Assembly (NCBI GenBank): GCA_041690135.1
Contig: JAWLHY010000008.1
Location: 128,001-192,000 of the forward strand
Direction: 5' to 3'
Length of the DNA: 64,000 bases
Source of the DNA: Armatimonadota bacterium
Lineage (GTDB): Bacteria > Armatimonadota > SYMT01
Part shown: positions 56,846 through 64,000 of the stretch, piece by piece
Numbering within the stretch: position 1 is the stretch's first letter
Layout: each line of letters starts with the position of its first letter
Program-made: the position numbers and the translations under genes
Notes under the pieces: generated by a model
What the model was told of the DNA's origin: nothing
The model's database searches: none
The model's input: only the letters and a program-made list of their open reading frames with translations

Positions 56846-57760
56846 TCAGCTCCGGTCGCTTTCCTCCATGAGCGCCCGCGCCAGTGCCAGGGGCTCCTCG
56901 TTGCCGCTTTTTAGCACGAAAAGCGCGATGGCTACGGGATAGGCGGCCCACCACTCCGCGGCATGCTCCTCGAGCTGGGGCCACACTGGCCCACCCGCAC
57001 GCTCGTATTGCTCCAGCAACGCGCTGAAGACCGGCGCCTCTAAGATGAAGCTGCACATCGCAAAGTCAATCGCCGGGTCGGTGACGCGGCTCTCGGTCCA
57101 GTCGAGCAGCCCGCAAACTCGGTGGTCTGGTCCCACCAGGATATGACCCGGGTGGAGATCCCCGTGGATCAACGCCGGCTGCACCGGCCAATAGGTGCCG
57201 TCCGCCAGCCAGGTCTGCCACCGTCGCCATAGGGAAGGGGGAACCAGGAGCAGATCCCGCGTGCGGTCCATGTCGCGCGCGAGTTCCTCACGAACTTCTT
57301 CAATCTGCTGCACTCGCAGCCCTGCGGCGGTCGCGACTCCAAGAGGAATGCGGTGCAGCGCGGCCATGGCGTTCGCCAGCGAATCGATGAAGGGGTTGGG
57401 GGAGGGGGTGAGATCCGGAACCCACGCATATTGGACCGCTTCCGGGTCGAGCACCGCGGCTTGCTCCCCCTCGAGACGTGGGTACGCGATCAATTGTTCC
57501 GAATGCACTTGCCACTCCGGCACACCTACTGACAGCCGGGTGCGCACCAGGTTGAGGATTCGCCCCTCGACTTGAGCCGCCTCGACCACATCAGCCCGCC
57601 GGGGCGTGCGCACGATCCAGGCAACACCCGCTTCATCCACCGCGTGCAGGGCTCGGAAATCCATCCCGGACTCATCCAATCCCGCGGTCTCGCGGCGCAG
57701 ACGCAAGCCATGCCTGCGGGCCAGCTCCAGGAGTTCGTCGGTTGTATCCAGGCTCATCAT
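56846..57760 (-). CDS. mph: Macrolide 2'-phosphotransferase (Mph family)
   Basis: DESGMDF, WIVRTPRR-x-DV, VPEWQV, LIAYP-x-L-x-G, RWQTWL-x4-YWP, HGDLHPGHILV, DWTE-x2-VTDPA-x-DF. Confidence 0.88.
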   Translation of the reverse strand: MMSLDTTDELLELARRHGLRLRRETAGLDESGMDFRALHAVDEAGVAWIVRTPRRADVVEAAQVEGRILNLVRTRLSVGVPEWQVHSEQLIAYPRLEGEQAAVLDPEAVQYAWVPDLTPSPNPFIDSLANAMAALHRIPLGVATAAGLRVQQIEEVREELARDMDRTRDLLLVPPSLWRRWQTWLADGTYWPVQPALIHGDLHPGHILVGPDHRVCGLLDWTESRVTDPAIDFAMCSFILEAPVFSALLEQYERAGGPVWPQLEEHAAEWWAAYPVAIALFVLKSGNEEPLALARALMEESDRS

Positions 57761-57977
57761 CCTTCTCGCAGAGGGGTTGCCACTCTATACCGTTCACCAG
57801 GGCCTCAACGCTTATGACGAAATGCGCGCACCACTCTACAGCACCAGCCTGACCTCATTTTCCCGAAGGGAGACCCCATCCCGCCCCCCAACTGATCCAT
57901 GACTCCGCGTATCTGAATGCCAGCTCTTCCCACCCAAAGAGTAAACCCCTGCCGGCATGCCGAATACCTAACGCCCA

Positions 57978-59444
57978 ATGCCTGACGCCCGCATTTCTGA
58001 ATACCCCACGCCCACTTCGCTGGTCCGCTTCGGCCACTCCCGCGTCGAGATCTCCCCGCCCGTGGGGATCTATCACCGAATGTGGGGTGCGGCCCGGCAT
58101 GACCGCGCGACCGGCGTCCACCGCCCCCTGTGCGGAGATGTACTGGCGTTTGCGCCTCTCGAGACGGATCGGGCGGGCTCATTCGGGCTTCCGGTGCTCC
58201 GAGTCTGCGTCGATCTCGTGGGCCTGATGCGTCGGCAGTACGCGGAGCTGGTGACCACGCTAGCGACCGCCGCGAGCTTACCGGAGGAGAATGTCGTCGT
58301 CACCTTTTCTCACAGCCACTCCGCTGGATATTTCGTGCCCAACCGGATCCCGCTCCCCGGTGGAGAGTTGATCCCCGGCTACCTGGCGACGCTCCACGAA
58401 AAGCTGGCCAGCGCCGCGCAGGAAGCCGTTTCGCACCTTCAGGAAGCGGCAATCTCTTTCGCGTCCGGTCAGTGCGGGATGAACGCCCACCGGGACACGT
58501 GGGACCCTGAATACGGGGGCTACGTCTGCGGGTTCAACCCGGAAATACGAGGGGATGCTACCCTGATCGCCGCCCGGGTAACGGACCGATCAGGGTGCAC
58601 GCTCGCTTCTCTGGTGAATTACGGCTGTCACCCCACCACCCTGGCGTGGGAGAATACCCTGCTCAGTCCCGATTATCCCGGCGCGATGAGGGAGTTGGTC
58701 GAGCGGGAAACCGGCGCGCCGTGCATCTTCGCCCTGGGGGCATGTGGGGATCTCGGTCCCCGCCGTGGGTTCGTCGGTGACTCCGCGATAGCAGATCAGA
58801 ACGGTCGCGAGCTGGGGTATGCCGCGCTCGCGACTCTCACCGGTTTGGGCCCACCGGAAACGGACCTCACCTATACCGGTCCCGTGATCTCCGGGGCGAC
58901 CCTCGGCACGTGGGCGGACCGGCCCCTCTCACCGGAACGCCGGCGCGCCGCCCGCCAGTTCTTCCATGGAAGTTATCAGGTCGAGCTTCCCTTGAAGTCC
59001 CTGCCCACCCCAGAACAACTGCGGACAGAAGTCGCGCAGTGGGAGGCTCGCCGCCAGGAGGCCGAAGCCGCTGGAAATGCGGTCACCGCACGCGACTGCG
59101 GCGCCCGTGCGGAGCGAGCCCGCCGGTGGACCGGCCGCGTCGAGGAGCTGTCCGGCCATGACTCTTACCCGATGCCTTTCTCCATCTTGCGGATGGGAGA
59201 CGCCGCCTGGGTGACCTGTGCCGGCGAGCCATACAGCGCCCTCCAGGTGGAGTTGCGGAAGCGGTTTCCCGCAAAGGTGGTTCTGGTCTCCCCGCTGGCC
59301 GGCGCCATGGAGATCGCCTACATCCTGCCCCGCGAGAGGTACGGACTGGGCCTCTATCAGGAAGAGCCCTCCATCCTCGCCCCCGGCTGTCTGGAAACTC
59401 TCGCCGAAGCCATCACCGATCGTATCCAGGAGATGAATGATTGA
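57978..59444 (+). CDS. Neutral/alkaline ceramidase-like hypothetical hydrolase
   Basis: ISPPVGIY-x-RMWGAA, SHSHSA, VNYGCHPTTL, LSPDYPG, GACGDLGP, GEPY. Confidence 0.75.
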   Translation: MPDARISEYPTPTSLVRFGHSRVEISPPVGIYHRMWGAARHDRATGVHRPLCGDVLAFAPLETDRAGSFGLPVLRVCVDLVGLMRRQYAELVTTLATAASLPEENVVVTFSHSHSAGYFVPNRIPLPGGELIPGYLATLHEKLASAAQEAVSHLQEAAISFASGQCGMNAHRDTWDPEYGGYVCGFNPEIRGDATLIAARVTDRSGCTLASLVNYGCHPTTLAWENTLLSPDYPGAMRELVERETGAPCIFALGACGDLGPRRGFVGDSAIADQNGRELGYAALATLTGLGPPETDLTYTGPVISGATLGTWADRPLSPERRRAARQFFHGSYQVELPLKSLPTPEQLRTEVAQWEARRQEAEAAGNAVTARDCGARAERARRWTGRVEELSGHDSYPMPFSILRMGDAAWVTCAGEPYSALQVELRKRFPAKVVLVSPLAGAMEIAYILPRERYGLGLYQEEPSILAPGCLETLAEAITDRIQEMND

Positions 59445-59764
59445 TCCCGGAACCTCTCCCTACCCCCTTTTCCGAAGAGTGGATCCGAAAGCTCGAGCTC
59501 GGCGAACGGGTTCTCGCCCCGGAAAGCGCAGAACGGAAAATGCGCGCGCACGCCGCGGAATCGACCCCCGAGCAGTTCGCCGCGTTGCACGGCCCGAACA
59601 CCCTTGTCTTTGGTTTTCCGCGCTATATCTTCCGTGATCCGGAGCTCGACGCCTGGGTCCAGGAAGTGGGTTCCATCCTCCGCGACCCGGACCGCCTGGA
59701 TTCCTGCATGCGCCGTCACTTGTCCGCCGAGGACTATGAGCGGGCGCGTAGCGACATGGAGTGA
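59441..59764 (+). CDS. Hypothetical protein (107 aa)
   Basis: TTGA overlap with the upstream stop; gene-like codon usage. Confidence 0.6.
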   Translation: MIPEPLPTPFSEEWIRKLELGERVLAPESAERKMRAHAAESTPEQFAALHGPNTLVFGFPRYIFRDPELDAWVQEVGSILRDPDRLDSCMRRHLSAEDYERARSDME

Positions 59765-59859
59765 GACACGGGAGGACTCTGTCGTCTCATCCGCCAAACC
59801 TGACCCCGGAACTGCGAGCATACCCGGCGGTATTGCGACCCGGACACAGGAGATCCCTC

Positions 59860-61158
59860 GTGAAACGCTTCTTCCTTTCGATCACCCTCCTTGGCGGATT
59901 GATTCTCGGTCTTCACGGCGGCGCGGCGCGGGCCGACCTGGATGAGTACCTGAGCCGCAAGGAGCCGGCGTTCCGGTGGGAGAAGCGGGGAGAGGAAGCG
60001 GCCGAGGGGGTGAAGATCTACGATCTGCATCTGGTCTCGCAGGTCTGGCAGGGGATCACCTGGGAGCACCGGCTGCAAGTGTTCCAGCCGGAGAAGCTGG
60101 AGTATCCCGGCTTCTGCACGCTCTACAATACCGGCGGCAGCGGCAGCGCCTCCAACACCGCCATGGGGGTGCGCCTGGCGCGCGAGACCGGCGCTACCTA
60201 TGCCATCCTCTACAACATCCCGAAGCAGCCGCTCTTCGGAGGTAAGACCGAAGATGCTCTCGTCGTCCACACCTGGCTGAAGTACATGGAAACGGGCGAC
60301 GAATCGTGGCCCCTCCACTTTCCGATGGCCAAGGGCGTGCTGAAAGCCATGGATGTGGTCCAGGCCTTCAGCAAGGAAAGCGGCTGGAAGCCCGTGGACC
60401 GTTTCCTCGTGCACGGCGCCTCCAAGCGGGGCTGGACCACCTGGCTCGCCGGGGCCAGTAAAGACCCGCGGATCGTCGCCATCGCCCCGATGGTGATCGA
60501 CGTCCTGAACGTGGCGAAGCAGGCGAAGTACCAGCTCGAGAGCTACGGCAAGCCGAGCGAGCAGGTGGACGACTACACCAGCGCCGGTATTCTCCAGTTG
60601 CTCGAGACGCCGAAGGGGAAGAAGTTGCTCGAACTGGAAGACCCCTACAGCTACCGAGACCGCCTCACGCTGCCCAAGCTGATCATTCTGGGGACCAACG
60701 ACCGCTACTGGACGCAGGATGCCCTGAACCTGTACTGGGACGACCTGAAAGGACCGAAGTGGGTGCTCTACGCACCCAACAGCGGCCACGGCCTGGAAGA
60801 CCGGGAGCGCGTCTTTGCCACCCTGAGCGCCTTCGCCCGCACCGTAGCTGCTGGGAAGCCCTGGCCCCAGCCGAAGTGGAGCTTTGTAGAGAAGGACGGT
60901 CACGTCGAGCTCGCGTTAGAGAGCGACGTGGCGCCTCGGGAAGCCCGGCTCTTCTTTGTTCAGTCGAAAAACCGGGACTTCCGCGAATGCAAATGGACCT
61001 TCGAGCCCATGAACGGCAACGGCGGCAACAGCTTCACCGGCCGCCGTGCCCTCCCCGCCACCGGTCACGAAGCCGTTTTCGGCGAAGCCGTCTACGAAAT
61101 CGACGGCCGGAAGTTCACTCTCTCCACCCAGATCCGTATCACGGGCCTCGGGAAGTAG
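59860..61158 (+). CDS. PhoPQ-activated pathogenicity-related (PqaA) family exported alpha/beta hydrolase
   Basis: Signal peptide, L-x-SQVW, W-x-H, EDA, PMAK, GASKRGWTTW, DPYSY, PNSGH; GTG after AGGAG. Confidence 0.88.
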   Translation: MKRFFLSITLLGGLILGLHGGAARADLDEYLSRKEPAFRWEKRGEEAAEGVKIYDLHLVSQVWQGITWEHRLQVFQPEKLEYPGFCTLYNTGGSGSASNTAMGVRLARETGATYAILYNIPKQPLFGGKTEDALVVHTWLKYMETGDESWPLHFPMAKGVLKAMDVVQAFSKESGWKPVDRFLVHGASKRGWTTWLAGASKDPRIVAIAPMVIDVLNVAKQAKYQLESYGKPSEQVDDYTSAGILQLLETPKGKKLLELEDPYSYRDRLTLPKLIILGTNDRYWTQDALNLYWDDLKGPKWVLYAPNSGHGLEDRERVFATLSAFARTVAAGKPWPQPKWSFVEKDGHVELALESDVAPREARLFFVQSKNRDFRECKWTFEPMNGNGGNSFTGRRALPATGHEAVFGEAVYEIDGRKFTLSTQIRITGLGK

Positions 61159-61381
61159 TGGGGTAGTGTGAGAGTAGGGATTTGGAAGTAAGCCTTGTTC
61201 TAGAGACTTCTGGCGAAGTAGCGTCGGTCATTCTTGAAAAGAGGGTACTCTTGGGCATACGAACGCATTCCCGAGATGCCCGAAGAGGATCCACGAAAGC
61301 CCTGGCGAGGAACCCGAGAAGGCCGCCGAAAGCCGAAACCAGTGGCCCGGGGATCGATTCTGCGGCTGGCCAGGAAGGATG

Positions 61382-62662
61382 TCACCAGATCCGCATAGAG
61401 GCACGGAACAGGTCCGCGAGCTGCTCTGGGCCGGCGGGGACGGGCGAGAGCTTGGTCACGCGGTGCTGCGGGAGGGTGCCCTCCACCAGCGCGGGGATAT
61501 CGGTCTCCGTATAGCCCACTGCCTCCAGGCCGTTCGGAACCCCCAGCGACTGCATGAATTCGATCACGCGCTGGGCGAGGAGCTCGCCGGCCTCCGCCGG
61601 GGAAACGCCTCGGGTGTCCGCTCCCAGGGCCGCGGCGGCCCGGAGGTGCCGTTCCGGGGAGACGGGGGCGGTGAACCGAACGACGGCGGGGGTGTGCAGG
61701 ATTACCGAGACCCCGTGCGGGATGAGCGGGTGATCGTCGGGATAGCCGGGGTGGCAGTAGTCGCGGACCATGCCGGCGACCGGGTATGACATGCCGTGCG
61801 GCAAGTGGACGCCCGCATTGCCGAAGCCAATGCCCGCCATGGCGGAAGCCAGCAGCATCTGCTCGCGCGCCTCGTCATCGGTCGGGTCGGTCACGGCCCG
61901 CAGGATGTAGGCGTTCACCAGCTCGAGCGCCCGCAGCGACCAGATGTCGCTGACCGGGTTAGAGCCCTGGTAGGCGGGGCGCTCCAGCGGGCGAGCCGGC
62001 CGGGGGCGGCCGGCATACGGGAGGGCGGTGTACGACTCCAGCGCATGACTCAACACGTCGAGCCCCGCGGAAGCGGCCACTGCCGGCGGCAGTGTCCGGG
62101 TGTTGTCCGAGTCCACAATGCCCAGGGTTGGCTTCAGATAGCGGTGGGCGATACCGGTCTTCGCGCCCTTCTCCACATAGTCGAAGATCGCCACGCCGGT
62201 CGTTTCGCTGCCGGTCCCGGCGGTGGTGGGGATGGCGATGAGCGGCTTCAGCAGTCCCGGCACGGGTAATCCGCGCCCGATGGGTGCATTGACGTAATCC
62301 AGGAAATCGGCCGGATAAGTAGAGTATAGATTTGCGGCCTTGGCCGTGTCGATGGTACTGCCGCCCCCCACCGCCACGAACGAGTCGAAGTCTCCCTCCG
62401 CGGCGGCGGAGATCGCCTCCGCGAAGCTGCGGTCCGTCGGCTCCACCGAAACCCGGTCGAATACCTCGAACCCGATTCCGGCCTCCCGCAGAGCAGCAAC
62501 GACGGTCTGCCCGGTCGGCAGGTCGCGCAGGACGGGATCGAGGACCAGGAGCGTGCGTCGCAGTCCCATGTCTCGCAGATCCATCCCCACCTCTCGGGTA
62601 ATCCCGCGGCCGAAGCGGACGTTCGCGGCGGAGATCTGGTATGCAGTGTCTTGAAGGGTCAT
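61382..62662 (-). CDS. Hydroxyacid-oxoacid transhydrogenase (Fe-ADH family)
   Basis: VEPTD-x-SF, GGGSTIDTAKA, PTTAGTGSETT, RPAYQGSNP, GNAGVHLPHGMSYPV. Confidence 0.92.
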   Translation of the reverse strand: MTLQDTAYQISAANVRFGRGITREVGMDLRDMGLRRTLLVLDPVLRDLPTGQTVVAALREAGIGFEVFDRVSVEPTDRSFAEAISAAAEGDFDSFVAVGGGSTIDTAKAANLYSTYPADFLDYVNAPIGRGLPVPGLLKPLIAIPTTAGTGSETTGVAIFDYVEKGAKTGIAHRYLKPTLGIVDSDNTRTLPPAVAASAGLDVLSHALESYTALPYAGRPRPARPLERPAYQGSNPVSDIWSLRALELVNAYILRAVTDPTDDEAREQMLLASAMAGIGFGNAGVHLPHGMSYPVAGMVRDYCHPGYPDDHPLIPHGVSVILHTPAVVRFTAPVSPERHLRAAAALGADTRGVSPAEAGELLAQRVIEFMQSLGVPNGLEAVGYTETDIPALVEGTLPQHRVTKLSPVPAGPEQLADLFRASMRIW

Positions 62663-62858
62663 GGATGGCTTCTCCGGGAAGGATGAGCGGGAACGGTGCA
62701 GGCGTCCGGAACCCACTTCGCCATGGCTCCCGTGGAGCTCCTGCCCGACTTCTCCCTGGTCCCAAGCAGATGGGGAGCAGGCGCACCGGCCTTCCGCAGG
62801 GTGCGGAGTTTCCCGGCTCGCCCTTCAAGGCAATCCCTCGGATGATGGAAAGCGAGCG

Positions 62859-64000
62859 ATGAAAGTCCTGCACGGAGCGTGGCATCCGGGCCAGCGTACC
62901 TTCCAGATCTGGGCCGAAGACACGCCTCCGTCGCGGCGCGGCCGAGCGGCTTCCGGCACGGGGTTGCGCAAGCATCCCTTCGCCGTACAGGCAGATGCTT
63001 TGCGGGAGTGGACGGTCTCCGAAGAAACACCGGGCAGCCTCATCCTGCGGCTGCCCGCCATCGATGGCCGTCCGCTTCCCTCGCCGGAGCTGGTTCGCAC
63101 CCTGGGTCTCGCACCTGCCGAGGGGGAGCCGGTCCTGGCACCGTTCCAGGTGCCTGCACTTGGGCTGCCCCCGGCAGGCGCCCTGCGGTGGCTCGCCGAA
63201 CCGCCCGCGGGAGACCTCATGGCCGGCAGCGACTTGCGCTTCTGGCGGACCGCCGCCCGCTTTGCCCTGGGCCTCCTACGGCGCGAGCGGTGGCTGCCCG
63301 TGCTGGAAACGAGCGCCAGTGGGAAGGCCGCGGCCCGCTGGGTGCCCGCCCTCAACCAACCGGAAGACGCGGCCCGGTTCCGCGGCCTCTGCGAGGCGAT
63401 GCCGCCCGTTTGCCGTGCGCAGGCGTCGGAGGGGGAAGGCACCTATCCGGGTCGCCAGGCGCTCTTACGCAGTTTCCTGGCGGCGACGATGGACGCTGCC
63501 ATCCGGTCCTGGAGCGATGTGCGCCTGCCGGGGGACGCGGAAGCCGTGCAGGACTGCTGGGTGGCGGCGCTCTTGCGAGAAGCGCCCGAAGTCCGGGAAC
63601 GAGCGGAGAACCTGCGCCCGCTGGCGGCAGCCCTCCGTACCTGGCTGGAGCCGGTCCGGGGAATGGAAGCGGGCTTTCGTACCTGCTTTCGCCTCGATCC
63701 CCCTCCGCTCGAAGCAGCCGACGTGGAGCCGTGGATCCTCTCCTTCTGGCTGCAGGCGGTCGACGAGCCCAGTCTTCTCGTGCCCGCCGCGGAGGTGTGG
63801 GAGCGGGGGCGGGAGGGTCTGTCCGCGGCTGGACGCCGGTGGGAGGCTCCCCAGGAACGGATGTTGCCGGCCCTGGCGCGGGCCGGACGGCTTTTCCCGC
63901 CGATCGCCGTTGCCCTGAAACAACCCGCGCCCACGGGCTGCACCCTCACCACGTCGGAGGCCTACCAGTTCCTGCGCGAGGTGGCCCCCCTGCTGGAGGA
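62859..64000 (+). CDS. SNF2-family helicase, N-terminal part (runs off the window edge)
   Basis: Open frame missing from the ORF track because it has no stop: MKVLHGAW...WAED...HPFA...PLPSPEL...GSDLRFW...FRTCFRL-x-PP...W-x-LSF-x-LQA-x-DEPSLLVPA...EAYQFL, typical of DUF3670-associated SNF2 proteins. Confidence 0.8.
   Translation, partial: MKVLHGAWHPGQRTFQIWAEDTPPSRRGRAASGTGLRKHPFAVQADALREWTVSEETPGSLILRLPAIDGRPLPSPELVRTLGLAPAEGEPVLAPFQVPALGLPPAGALRWLAEPPAGDLMAGSDLRFWRTAARFALGLLRRERWLPVLETSASGKAAARWVPALNQPEDAARFRGLCEAMPPVCRAQASEGEGTYPGRQALLRSFLAATMDAAIRSWSDVRLPGDAEAVQDCWVAALLREAPEVRERAENLRPLAAALRTWLEPVRGMEAGFRTCFRLDPPPLEAADVEPWILSFWLQAVDEPSLLVPAAEVWERGREGLSAAGRRWEAPQERMLPALARAGRLFPPIAVALKQPAPTGCTLTTSEAYQFLREVAPLLE

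Noticed and set aside
62995-63918. 307-aa plus-strand ORF from the track
   Set aside because: Wrong frame; the real gene is the SNF2-type frame starting at 62859 and running off the window.

Overview
High-GC bacterial chromosomal window with about 68 protein genes. I saw no rRNA, tRNA, CRISPR array or transposase. The gene repertoire (DUF1501, SBBP/FN3 surface protein, DUF6754 cluster, PqaA, Uma2) suggests an Armatimonadota-like organism; this is inference only. Housekeeping blocks are nusA-ylxR-infB-ylxP-rbfA-nrnA-truB-ribF (rimP-type leader hairpin present, rimP gene absent), queD(x2)-folE-lipA-erpA, purB, rnz, coaB, and nikR plus a nickel/cobalt ECF transporter. The most notable candidate is a tightly packed six-gene operon of uncharacterised, mostly membrane proteins built around DUF6754 and followed by a LysR regulator (42178-47366). 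Other candidates: a divergent Hfq with a long RG-rich tail near an orphan terminator that suggests an sRNA; a small secreted peptide paired with a membrane TPR protein; a CbiM-PDGLE-CbiQ triple fusion; a Uma2 gene between two copies of the 5' end of a MutS-like gene; three adjacent small metal-binding proteins including a metallothionein-like one; a macrolide phosphotransferase; and dispersed 39-bp and heptamer repeats. All family calls come from motif recognition by eye, with no database searches.
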